DNA of 64,000 bases from the NCBI GenBank assembly GCA_905178155.1, contig CAJINV010000005.1:2110054-2174053 (forward strand). Direction: 5' to 3'. Below the pieces are notes generated by a model. The model made no database searches. It saw only the letters and a list, made by a program, of their open reading frames with translations, and was not told where the DNA came from. Position numbers and translations under genes: made by a program. Numbering within the stretch: the first letter of the stretch is position 1; every line of letters starts with the position of its first letter. Positions 48,972-61,755 of this stretch are shown here, in pieces. The stretch comes from Amoebophrya sp. A120. Its lineage: Eukaryota; Protista; Dinoflagellata.

Positions 48972-51006
48972 ATGTTGAATCCTCGCAAGGAAGGAGCGTC
49001 TCGACCACCTCTCCGTGGCGGCGTCCTCCTGTGCCTTTTTCTCTCCTCACAGACGGAGCGTGCCGCAGCGTCTTGGCTGTGGCGTTCAATGGGAACAGCG
49101 GGAACATCAACAGAAAGCACCACATCCCCTGGCAACGGCGTCGCATTGTCGAGCGGGTCATCCTCGCAGCACTACAAGCCGGTGAAAAAGAAACCGAAAA
49201 TAAAACGCCACTCAAACGCCAGCGACAGTGGCAACACGCGGCCGTTGGGGCAGATGAAGCTGGATGAAAAGGCCGGGTGGTGGCCGAACCTGGGGTCCAA
49301 CAACAGCGTCGTTTCGGACGCGTCGACAAAGTCGGCCGGAAGTAGTAGTGCCAGTACGCACGTTATGCATTGCAAATATGTCTGGGTCTGGAAAGAATGG
49401 GATTTGTGATGCACACTCTCGATCACAAAAAAAACTTGTATAGCATGAGTAGCAAAAGGCACTCAGATTGTTGCCACCCGGACGAGAGGGCATTTCTCAT
49501 GCAGGATAGGCATGAGGACGCCTTCGCAAAAGCTGTGATGCTAGAGCATGCATCACATACGTCGGAGGTCATATACCAATTGCATGACAAACTCTCCCAA
49601 TGTTCCAGACCCAGACATATTTGCATTTGATACACGTCTCGTCCAGCCTCGCGAGCAGCTCGTCCTTGTCCTCCCCCTTCGCGACGCCCAATCATGGAAC
49701 AGCCCGAAGAACAAGTTCGGGTGCCATCAGTCCCTTTGAGCCGTGGAGGCGCAGGGTGTCTTTCGGATTCAGCGACGACCAAGATGTTGTTGAAAGCCGG
49801 AGCCCGGGACGCGCAGTTTCTGGTTGGAAACACGAGATAGAGGAAAAGCGACATCATAGTTGTTCTACCTTGCCGCAGGTTGATGTTGTCCACGCGGAGG
49901 AGCAATTGGAACAACCAGCACTGGAGCAATTTGCTCTGTCCTCGTGCGTTGAAACTGGAAGTTGTAATCAGATGCAACGAGGAGCACATCATGGAGAGCA
50001 AGACACGGCGCTTCCTCGCGCCGTCGAGAAAGATGCGCTCCTCGCACCAGCCACGAAAATAACTACAAGTTCTGCAACTTCTTCTGAGGCCGACGTGTCT
50101 CGGTCCTACCGCTTCGCAAATGTGTTTTCCCAACTGCTGCAACAGCGGGACGCGGACGAAAAGGGTACTAGAAAAGCACTAGATCATGTTGACCAACATC
50201 AACAGCCGAATAAGGAAGTTCTTCACTACAGCACTTCTTCTACAGTTCTTGCGTCACCTGCATCTTCTTCACAAGTCGCCGACACACCCGCACCGGTCCC
50301 GGGCACGCCGAGAACCAGTTTTTTGTCCAAGACGCTCGGGCAACTCGTTGTCACGCCACGGCCGGTCGCTGGTAGAAGTACCACAGCAAGTCCCTGCACG
50401 GCTGTTGAAAAAAACCATAAGCCGGTCGAAACTTACAGTTCAACTACACCAGACAACAAAGCAAAACCGGAAAACGAGGGGGAAGAAGATCACGAGAAGA
50501 GATTGCAGGGCGCCGAAGGAGATAATATTTTTAAACCAACAAAACCAAATGCTGCTGCTTCTGCTTCAGAAGTAGTAGCACTACATCTACATGCAGGAGC
50601 TGTATCTTGTGGTGACCATCTACTTCCGGCGGAACATGTGTTAGCAATTCCCGACGAGGAGGGGCCACTCCACTTTGAACCGCACCACCAGCTAAGTGCC
50701 CCGTGGCAAACCCTGAGTACCGCGAGCGACTGGCGTCGATACACCGGCGGGCGAGGGGATGACACCTTCTTCCGGCAAACCTCCACTGGCAGCGACTACC
50801 TGCGAGTTCAGCTGGACAACAACGATTCGCCGGTGGGAACAAGCGCGGATGTTGTTGTAACAGATCAAGCGGTGGTTGAAGCAACCAGATCCGAAGCGTC
50901 GGGGGGGCGGGAAGCAGGAGGAGATTCCCGTGTGCCAATGCAGGAAGAGGAGGACTACCAGGAAACATACGGCATGGGAACCGTGCTCGGGGAAACCTGG
51001 TGTTAA
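48972..51006 (+). CDS. Hypothetical low-complexity Ser/Thr-rich protein
   Basis: Two ORFs join in frame (STHV|SSS) after removing 49364-49632 plus CACGT. Confidence 0.65.
49364..49632. mobile_element. Introner family B
   Basis: Family B TIRs; TSD CACGT. Confidence 0.95.
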
Positions 51007-52127
51007 TAATTTTTTGCGGTGTGTTGAAAAAGTTGTTTTCCGTCTTTAATACCGATTTCTACTCAACAGAGGACATACAAAATAGCACTCATATGCGGGT
51101 GAGGAAAAGGTAGAGGAGGACCTGTTGAATTACGTGTTTATCGAAAAATGCCCGTAGAACAGGAAGCGCATCTGTGCAAATAATTCTGTACACAAATTCC
51201 TAGTATACGAAACTAGGTATGTAAACAAAAGGGACGAAGATGCTCGACACATGTATGAAAATGCGTAAATCTAGTTGACATGGCTCGAGACAAGTGTAGT
51301 GTGATACGAGGCCGTCCACATGAAATGACTACTCAACCTCCGTATGTCCTCGTCTCTCTATCAAACTTACTCTGACACCGCAGCCTAATGACGACGTATT
51401 TATTTTTGCTCCCGATAAAAGATATCCGTTGCAGGGGAAACGAAAAGTTTGCTTCCTGAGACGAAATCGCAATTGCATATCGCTGCTGGCCAAAACCAAC
51501 TCTCTACTGCCTCTGCGGACGGATGATGTCAACTGCGTCGTGTCTTAACAAAAATAAAAGAAACACAGTACAGACCAATGATATATATTTTCTTGCATAT
51601 TTATTGAAACAGTCCGCACCGAAAAGCATTTCGATAAGGTTGACCGCTGTAAGTGACATCTGCAGCTCTTCAACACCAGTATCGAAAATAACTTTTGACG
51701 AAACATAAAAGTAAAAAGCTATCTGGACTCATCAAAGCGCCTAGTGCTGGAGTCGATCGACCGGCCTGAGATCACTTCTTATCGAGTCTGGAAGTTTTTT
51801 GATCTCTTAAGTTGCAAAACCAAAACCATGAAAAAAAACCTCGCAGACGGCACCTAATTTCGGCAAAAGTTTCGAAGTGCTCCGTCCAACTGCATTGCAG
51901 CATGAGTCGATGTTCTGCTGGAGGAATCGTAGAATAATTTTCACCCTTGTTTTTAGTACTTCTACTTTTCGTCAATTGCTCTTGTTTCGTCTGTTTCACA
52001 CGTCGCATTTAATACTGATTTCTTCCGTCAAAAGCGGGCTAATTCACCTACTTCTGGCCGCAAACACAGATGTAATCGTTTGTTTCGAGAGCAGGGGGAG
52101 TTGCAGTGGGGCACATAAGCAACGAAC

Positions 52128-55100
52128 ATGTTCTTGTGCAAACAAGTCATTTCTTTCGCTGCGTGTTTCACTTTCGTTTCGTGCCGCGCTGCCTCCGAGC
52201 CAGAGGAGGTATCAGCGTCCAGCGATGCTGTAAGTTCTCGGGCGGCCGAAGCGCAGGGGAGTCCGCCAGCCCCTGCCGCAGCGGCGGCTCCAGTTGCCGT
52301 GGCGGCTCCGGTTCTTGCAGCACCTGCAGCAGTGGCAGCAGTAGTGCCCACGGCCGGCACTCCAGCTCTCGCGCAGCCTGCGGCAGTACAACTCCCAGCT
52401 TCGAACAATGCCGCTGCAGCTGCGGTACAGCCTGTAGCTGTGACACCAGCAGCAGCACCAGCCGCGCCGGCTCCGGTTAGCGCCGTCCCCGCTGCTCCAG
52501 TGCCACCATCCCCAGCTGCACCGGTCGTGCCAGCGCCCCTGCCCGCTGCTGCAACGGGAACGAATGTGGAACCCGCACCAGCGGCACCAGCGCCTGCTGC
52601 AGTTGCCGCACCCGTAGCACCAGCGATTCCCCCACCAGCGGTTCCCGCAGGAGCCTCTGCTGCGCCAGCCGCTGCTGTACCCGGAGGAGGTGTTGGTGTA
52701 CCTGCTGTGGCGTCTGTTGTACCTGCCGTAGCGGTTTCAGTTGCAGCCCCTGTAGCTCCACTGCCGCCACCAGTTGTAGCCGCGACGGAGCCGGTGCCGG
52801 CAGCTGCTGCAACGCCAGCGAAAGAGCCAGTCGCCGTCACAGCTTCGGTGGCCGCGACAGCGACACCGGCGGGGGCGGCAGCGCAGCCTCCATTGCCGGC
52901 GGTTAGTGTTGCGCCCCCTGTGGCAAGCATTGCTCCAGCAGCCCCTTCAGCAGCTGCAGCGACCGTCACTAGCCCACCCGTTCTTGCACCAACACCAACA
53001 CAAGCAGCTCCTGTGCTGGCTACGACAGCTACAACACCAGCGGCTCCAACAGTTCCGCAGCCCGTCGTAGGAGCAACTCCAAAAGCAGCTCCTGCCGCCA
53101 GACCACCCTCGAATGGCGAGCCTGTGGTTCCTTTCGCCACTTACGCGCCGTTGGAGAGTGGCGGAAAAAGTGTCACGACAGCAGCACCAGCAGTGGAAGA
53201 AATAAAGACGAAAGCCGCGATAGCAACGGCTGCGCCGACACCTAAACCAGCCGCCGATACGCAACCAGGACTAGCAGCGGCCGAGGTAGCAGCTAAGCCG
53301 GTTGCGAAAGCCACTCCAGTTGAAGCAAGTTCGCCCGCGACCGCAACTCCTGCCGCGCCACCACAAGCGATCCCAGCTGCAGCTAGCGCGCCAGCTCTTG
53401 CCGCTGCTGCAACTACTGCACAAAATTCCGGTGGAGTTGTAGTAACTGCCCCCGGCATTGCTGGAGCAGGCAGGCCTGCTGCGGTGGTCCCCGAAACAGC
53501 AGCGGCTTCTGTCGTCTCGCAAGCGAAAACCACGGCACCAACGGGACAACAACTCCCGGCACCCTCAGGAACCGCCGCGCCGCCTGTCGCGCCACCACCC
53601 GCGGGTCCGAAAGCTGGTTCAACTGCGGTAGCATCGCCAAAAGCTGCTCCTCCGCCGCCACCCGTAGAAAATTACAACAACGCGGCTGCAGCAACGTCCG
53701 TGGCGTCCAGTGAATCTAAGCCGGCTCCTTCCGCAACCGTCGCGCCACCTGTGGTCTCTAGCGCAGCTACAATGGGACCACCGCCTGCTACGCCGGCGGC
53801 GGTGACCACTACAGGAGGCGCAAGTGCAGCAACGGCGCCGAGCACCTCTAGCGCAAAAGCAACGGGGAAGGAGCCGGCGGCCGCAGCGGTCGATGCGGCA
53901 AGGGAGTCGGACGAAGACATCGAAACGGAAATGATTTCTGCCCTGCTGGCCGGGAAAAACGCGCTGCAGACGGGTGGGAAAGGTATGTATGGGTTGAACT
54001 TGATGTGTTGGAGGAGAAATTGTAATTGGTATTTGGCATGCTTTGATAATGGCCGCAATGTGGGGCGCATGAGAATAGAGAATGCCAACTTCTATCGCTA
54101 CAGATACTAAGTGCCTTTTTTATCAATTGCCACACAGCGGCGGCAGTTGGTGCAAAGGCAACAACTACAGCGCCGAAAGCAAAAGAAGTTCCGGCGATAT
54201 CGCCGTCCGCTGCGGATGACTTTTACGGCGACGCAGGATCAGTCCCTGCCGTGACTTACGTGACAAAAGCGCCAGCCTCTTCTACTGCAGAGGGTATAAA
54301 TACTGGTAGACCACCTACTGCTGGTGCAGGTGGAGTAACATCAAACGCTGGTTCCAGTACAACAAAAGCATCGTCGTTACCTGCTGCAAAACCTCCAGCC
54401 ACGGGTGCAGGAGTGCCTGCGCCGAATAGTAAACCTTCCGTAGCTCCTGCTCCTGCGGTGCAACCGGCCCCGTCCCCGTGGGACGACGACGGCTACTACG
54501 ACGATGAGCCGCTGCCTTCCTCGACGGCCAAGGACAAACCGAAATCAGATGCGTTTTTGGGCCCCAGTCCGGCGAAAAAGCCTGGTATGATAGTGCTCTA
54601 AACGCCTGATGTTGCTCAGTGTTTTGCATGTACTTGTTACTGTGATGTTTGTGTGCAAGTGTATAGTAGAGTTCTCCACTTCAACTTGTCGCTCTGTCAG
54701 CATGATTCCTCACTGTTTTCTTAGCATTACATAAAGTATTGACACACCCCCAGAAGTACCAGTGCCAGCACCGAAGAAGGACACAGCGTCCTCTGCGGTC
54801 CCCGCCCCGGTAACGCAACAGCCGTTCGAGCCAGAATCAAAATCGAGCGGGGCGGAACTGGCCAAGGCGGCGCGCGGGGAGCTCACGCAGCTGAGCCAGT
54901 ACGGCAAAGAAGCGGAGACCGGACTGCTGTCCGGGAATATGTGGGTGAAGACGATTTTCGTTTTGCTGCAACTCATCATCGTGTACCACGTGTGCAGACT
55001 GCTCTGCTGCCCGGGTGGGGCGAAGAACGACACCCTGACTTACCTCGCCACCAGTCTCGGAATGCCCGCCATCGGCCCCAGAACGAGCGACACCATCGTA

Positions 55101-55584
55101 TCGAAGCCGCCGGCGCCCGGCAAAGTGGGACAGGGTCGGACTGGGGTCAGGAGTGAAGGGTCAACGACAGCCGGGGCGGGAGGTGCAGCCATTTCTACTA
55201 CTTAGAGTCATTCTCGTATACAGTCAACTGCATTTATTCTCGTGAATGATTTAGACGAAGGTGTTGAGGTATATGCTGCGTGATGATAAATAGATGGTAC
55301 GAAACGCTCTACGTGTAGTCCCACTGCGGAATTTCATTTGACAACTTCACTCTACAAAAAAAGGCGTCCTGAAGCAGCAAACGCAGACCATGATCGCAAA
55401 ACCACCGAAGCTCGAAACCATGGGCACCACAAAGAAACCGGAAAGCGCCGGGATTCTGGGAAAATCCAAAGGCGGCAGCTTCGACCGGTTCGATGACGAG
55501 GACATTGAGGATGCGTGGGCAAAAATGAAATCCGAAATGGGCGCAAACGGAGACGACAATGGCTGGGCCGCTTTCGACGACTAG
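52128..55584 (+). CDS. Pro/Ala/Thr-rich mucin-like single-pass surface protein
   Basis: Signal-like N-terminus, ~600 aa Ala/Pro/Val/Thr repeats, TM WVKTIFVLLQLIIVYHVC, acidic tail. GT-AG introns at ~53983-54137 and ~54585-54752. Confidence 0.75.
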
Positions 55585-55972
55585 TGCAGTGATCCTTTTC
55601 ATCTTGCGGTGTACATTCTTGCGCGACCTCCACCTGCTTCATTTCTTGGAAGACAATGAGTCTTGATTAGTACTGAATTGATTGGGGACTGAGACTGACG
55701 AGGGAACGAGCCGTAATAATTTTCAAATGCACCTGCAACGCATCTTCAACGAATACATCGCACCTTCAGTGGTTGGGCCACCGGGTAATTCTTCTATGTG
55801 TTTCTTCAATACTACATATGAAGTTCCTTCGCAGAAGATCCTGTTGTTGTTTTCACGGTCGTTTTTTCACCCTCTTTCCTGCTGACTCCTACACGCAAAC
55901 CTAAAAAGTGACTTATTGCTACTGCCCATAGAGCAAAAATATTGAAGCCTCGGCATTTATTATGACATCCCG

Positions 55973-58139
55973 ATGGAGGACGGCTACGTTCTGGCCGCTC
56001 TAGATGCGCATCTAGACGGTATCACGCAGATCCTGAAAGTTTTAGACCTGCCTTTCTCTGTCATCGATCAATTGCACCAGAAGGAACGAAATTCAGATCC
56101 TCTTTTCATCTTACCCGACGAAAATAAAGAAGAAAATGCGGGGCACGACGACGACGACGACATTTTTTCCTGTCCAAAAGCGGCACTGCAGGCCTGTGCG
56201 GCTGCAAATTACCTCACCCTCGACTCGGACCTCTGGAAGAATTTCCTGTTCGCGACAGCACGGGCGGGAAATGCAACGCCAGATCTCGTTTCCCTCCAGC
56301 AGCGAGACATCGATACGGAGGACGAAAGCGAACGCGCAGCGGCGAGACAGGCTGCGGAGAAGGAGCAGGAGGAGAACGAAAGGCGAATGCAGAAAGCCCC
56401 TGGGCTGTGTGGCTGCATGCGATCTGGTGCTCCTCGTGGCGGATCCTCGTCGTCGTCGAATAGCGGCAACAGAAAGAGTAGAGATGCTCGTGAAGGCGCT
56501 GGTGCAGCAGCGGAATTACTCTCACCTGCTGCCAAACAGGTAGCAGAACAAACGGGTGGGTTTGGTGCGTCCGGCTCTGGGTCTACTACGGTATCATCGT
56601 CTAAACTAGTGGAGAGCGCACCAGGCGGGGAGAAACAAGTTCTTGCGGAAGGGGAAGGAGGAGGCGCTGGAGGTGTGGAAGTACCCGCGGATCACGTTCA
56701 CCCTGGTGGGGTGGAGCTACAATCAGCAGAGACAACTGCTGGGCTAGCTGAAAAAAGTGACGCCTTTGCAACTGTAGGAACGAGCAATCGCAGCGGGGGG
56801 TGTGGTGCTGCTTCTGGACTCGCTCCAAGATGGAACGTCAGAATGTACACGCCAGGACTGATGACGTCGCAGTACGACACAGCAACTCTCGAAAAGCAGT
56901 CACCAAACAGGCAGTCTCCAGGAAACAGCAGAGACTCACCAACTCACACAGGTGGAGTTGTTTCCAAACTAGGCAACAGCGCAGGTGGCTACATATCCGA
57001 TCCGGAAACCGAGGAAGAAGCTCCTTCCTACCTCCGCTGCAGCTGCTACCGCGCCAAAGGTCTTCTGCTTGGTATAGAAGCGGAATTGACAGCGATTACG
57101 CTCAAATGCAGGCGGTTTCTGCGGACGAAGCCACCGGTGTTGCGGCTATGGGTGGAAAGGAACGCAAAGCAGACGCTCTGGGCGGCAACTTTGCGGCTGT
57201 TATTGGAGCATTTGCTGGTGTTGTTTCGGGACGATGGTGCAGGAAATGGAATATTACCAGACCATTTCTCTGCAGCTGCCAACAGAAATGACGCTCCGAG
57301 CACGACTGCTGGTGGTCGTGCAGACACATCTGACGGGCCGGGAACGAAATTGGCTGACATACAAGTTGACTTCGGGGACGAGAAGGATTATTTCGAAAGG
57401 AAGCTAGAACGAGACTCCGCTCGCCCGCTGTCCCTCGCAGCGCTCGTCGTTCTCGAGCTGTACCGTGTGGGGAAAACCGCAGACGACGGCGACAGCTTGT
57501 TTGGGCTCCGCCGTTCGCAGGAATTTGTCTTGCGGTTTTTCGAGGAAGTTGTGTTTCGGTCTGCTGCGACGTCGATTGCCTCGGGTTCTTTACGGCCGAA
57601 TTCAAATTCAAAGCAGAGGAAAAGAGTTCTGCATTGTGCGGTCTTGCAACAGTGGCAGAGTCAGCAGCCATTCATGCGAAGATTTGCTGATCGCTGCGGG
57701 GCAGTAACGAGCAGTATCGAACGTGCTTGCGGGCGACATGTTGGTGGGAGCACGGAAGAAACTGGTGTCATGGAGATTGAGGTAAGGTAGTCCGTGTTGG
57801 AAAAATTTGCGCCTCATTTTTGTCTAGCAATTCTACTTACTACAATAATTCATTTGTCGCGTCTGAAGAGGCTCATCTATTCTCGAATAACAGATGGTAC
57901 GGTTCGCGGAGATGCTACAGGGCTCATTGATGCAGCGCCGGAGCGTGGTTTTTGCTGACGTTGGTGGAGGAGCAGTCGCGCGGAAACCGGTCCCAAGTGC
58001 AGTTGATCAAGTGACGGCCTGGCTAGAAGAGGTGCAGCGGCAGGAATCGAATCCGCGTAGGCCCGTGAAAGATAGAGAGCGGGGACAGGAGAAGAAGTCT
58101 GCTGGACTCTTCGCGAACTTTTTCGGTGGCTTATTCTGA
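55973..58139 (+). CDS. Hypothetical protein
   Basis: 605-aa ORF plus terminal exon via GT-AG intron 57782-57893. Confidence 0.7.
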
Positions 58140-60647
58140 AAATGGAAGCAGAACCTATTTACTGTGGCAGCGTGTACTTGAAGGATCAGAGTCGCAGCTG
58201 TTCTGAAATAGGAACGCGACAATTTCTGCGACGATGATGTTTTGTTAGACGAGACTGAAGAAAGATGGCGTTTTATATACTAACAGTGTTCGTGGGTTAA
58301 AGTTTCCTGCGCCTAGTAGCTGGGCCGCCTTGTCTTCTCTTTCGTTGGTGCCTCTTTCTCTTTGACTGTTGGCCAGCTGCCACCGTCTTCGCAGGGCGCG
58401 GCCCCCAAAGTAGCCTCACGCGATTCGCCGGCCGCCCTGCTGACTCCGGGGGCCCGGAGAGGCTCGGGTAGATCGCCGGCGGGCGATTGCTGAAGTGCTC
58501 CCACTTCTGTAGTGCGCCCGTGCGGCGCCGGCGCTGGACTGTCTTCCAATGGTGTCCGTGTCATCATGGAGGACGCCAGCACGAAGGACGCGCCCGGCCT
58601 CGACGCTTCAACCTACATGCGCGAAGGCGACGCCGCCCGCTTGGACTCCTGCCGACTAGGGAAGCCGTCGCGCAGGCGCTTGCGCCCGGCCAGGTCTGTC
58701 ACACCCACCGCCCGCGGTCTTATCATCCAGGCGCACCGCGGGGCTTTGAACTGCGCGGGCGCGCCGGGTTTCGCCTGCGTCAGCGCCTTCGACCGCGAGG
58801 GGGCTGCTGACTGCGCGGCTTGCCGGGGATTTACGGGCGCACGAGCCGGGGACTTACTGCGGCAGCATTTTTTCACGCCTCGGGTGCAACTGCGCGCCCG
58901 GCCTTGGGGGTGCAGTCGCTCCTCGCAGAACTTGCAGCGACTAGTTGCCCGATCAAGAACGGCCGCAACGCGTGCCACCCGTTCGCCGCCTGCACCAGTC
59001 GCAAGCCGCTCCCGCCGGGGCTATTTGACGCCTGCGCGGAGAGCGCCGGCGCACGCCATGGACGACGGCGCGCCCGAAAAAGCTACGCAGATCCCTGCGG
59101 CCATGAAGTCTAGCGCGGAAAGCGCGAACGAAAAGGCGGGCCGAGGGCAATCAGGATGGCGGGCGGCGGCTGAATGAAGTGCCTGCGCAGCCGTCGGCCA
59201 TACGGCAAAGTAAGAAGGCGACCGCGTCCGGCCGGGCGGATCTCGTGCAGAACGTTCAGCAGCGTGCCAGACTGCGCGCGTTCGGGCTTTGTAGTGCAGC
59301 AGGAGGCTTCTCCTTGTCGTAAACCTTTCCAGCCCGTCAGTTAGCACTAACAGTCTCCTGAGGGAGGCCGACACCGTTGAACAACTCCTGAGGGAGGCCC
59401 AGGCACTGGAAAAGTTATTCGCGGCTTCCCGATGCGCGCACCATCCAAGCCCCCAGGGCGGGCGCGGCCAACAGCATCCCCAGAAGCGGGCGGCGGCCCC
59501 CGCGGACGTCAGACCGGAAGCCCAAGGGCGCACCCGGGGCCTCCCTTCGCTGCCCCCGGCCATTCTCGCGCCGTGCGCCATTGCCATCGCCGACAAAACG
59601 GGCCCGCAATTCACCGCCCCCACCGAAAAGCAAAAAAAACGCAGGCGGGCGAGAAAGGGGAGCGGCCCGCGCGGTTTAGCTCATTCCCTTGCGCCGCCGC
59701 CGCGGGACACCGGTGCCGCAGCGCCTCCGGCGTGACCGCCCTGAGATTCAGGACGGGGCCAAGGCCATCAAGGATGGGGCCGATGACTTTGCGGAGATGA
59801 TGAAGCTGCTGAGGGAATTAAATACGGCGCGCCAGCCGGATGGCCCGGATTACGAGCACCGGGAGCCATTAGCGACCTGCGCAGGGTGCTAATCTCGGAG
59901 ATGGTTTTGCTGGACTACCGACACGAAATGCGTACCGAAAGCGCAAGGCTGAGCCGGAGATTGAAACGCGGCAGAGCCTAGACATATCTGCTGCTTACGG
60001 TGGCGGAACGAAAGGAGGCGCTGCGTGCGCCTCTGTTTTTGCGGGTAGCTTTTAAGCGCCCCGCGGAAGCCAGCCGCCAACTCGGGCGCCCGGGCCAGCG
60101 CGGCCGGCTTCATGACTTTGCTTCGCCGCCGGGCGGGCGGGCCAGATCTTCTTGGGCCCCTCACGCACGCAGGAAGAGGCTCGCAGCCCAAATGGGCCCG
60201 CCGCCGCCCTCGCCGAGCCCCCGCGTTTTTGCTGCTAGCGTGCCGCCGCGCCCAGGTGGCCGCCTGGCTACGCCCCGGGTGCGCCGAAGGCGTCTGCGAT
60301 TTCGCTTTCGCGTGCGGCTCAGAAGTCCAGCGCGACCCGCCCCTCGCTGCCGTGTATAGCTACGCAGTTTCTGGCTGGCCATTATCACAAACGCGCCGGC
60401 ACCCCGCGCAGGAGTAGTGCTCCCCTGAGTCTGTTCTCCTCCTTTATCTCAATATGCGAGTCTTCGGAGTCTACGCTCTTCTAGAACCAACAGACACTCG
60501 GATCTTTGGTCATTCGGGGAAAACCGACCTAGCGAAGGTGACCGACTACGCTGGAGTTTGCACTACTGAGGGACTATGACTCGATGCGTGAGATGAGGGC
60601 GTGATGATTCTGTCGAGGGCCACTACATCTAAAACACTCCAACCACC

Positions 60648-61025
60648 ATGAGTTACTTCGGCGGCACCCGGCTGCGCATTTTCGCGAGGGAGTACCAGAA
60701 CCGGCTCCACAAGGTTGCGCACAAGAAGTACGTCCGCGTGTGCCGCGACGACGCGCGGAGCGGGTTCTACTCCATTGCGGGTCCCTACACCAGCATAATT
60801 CTCGTATTGATGTACGTGGGGACCATGGTGGGGGACAAGCAGAAGGAGCTGCGGGAGGTGCGGAAACAGAAGGTGACGCAGCGAGAACTCTCGCTCGCCC
60901 AGGAGAACGATTTGATGCGACAGTGGCTCGTGGAAACGGAAAAGGACTACGCAAACGTGCCGGTTCCGGGGGGAAGGGGGTCGGAAGGATTATTGGAAGG
61001 AGGAGGAGGAGCGTCTGCCGGGTAA
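60648..61025 (+). CDS. COX16-like cytochrome c oxidase assembly factor
   Basis: Small protein with GFYSIAGPYTSIILVLMYVG TM, a charged helix and DYANVPVP, resembling the Cox16 layout. Recognised by eye only. Confidence 0.5.
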   Translation: MSYFGGTRLRIFAREYQNRLHKVAHKKYVRVCRDDARSGFYSIAGPYTSIILVLMYVGTMVGDKQKELREVRKQKVTQRELSLAQENDLMRQWLVETEKDYANVPVPGGRGSEGLLEGGGGASAG

Positions 61026-61755
61026 GGAATCGCGCTTGCTGTGCAGGAACATGATCGGCCGAAACGTGGAAACGCTACACCGCTTGTTGCAACGACTGCT
61101 CGAAATCATAGATACGATGGCGCAATCAAAGTCGTGTTTTATTTAGCAACGCGCACTCCGCAGCTCACAGTGTCGAAGATTTAGAAACACTAATGACGCA
61201 AAGTCATATCATATGATGCTGATGGGAGTCAGGTCGAGCATCAGTTCGAGCATCAGGAGCGAAACATGTTCTGGCAACGTTGTAAATGATCACTGCATTG
61301 CAAAGTTCTCTACCACACAGGAAATTTTTCACATAGCGCACAAGAAGAATCGAATCAGTCATGTTGTCGGTTGTGTTGCCTGTCCATGTGGTCTTTGTCG
61401 CCTGATGAATATTCGTTGGAAGTTTAAGGTAAGACTCTGTGACTGATCGTCTTTTCAGGACCTCATGTTTACTTGTATCCCAGACGCCTTTTCCCCCACC
61501 CGGACTACTACCCCTCAATTTTTCTGAAACAAGCTCCTTTTTCTTGGTCTCTGTCTGTTAACTCGCAGTAGATTCTCTAACGATATCTAAAACTAAAATC
61601 GCTTCAGCGATTTTTTATCTTTTGCCCATCGCTTCTTCATATACTATCTTTTCGCTGTTTCTTCTACGTCTACCCCCTTGGCTAAGAATTGCTCATATTA
61701 TTATTTCAGTCAGCACGAGCACCTTTTGCTTTTCAGCTTTATTCCTTTGTAAAGG

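Noticed and set aside
52028-53694. Long minus-strand Ala/Gly-rich ORFs
   Set aside because: Antisense shadows of the Pro/Ala-rich plus-strand gene.
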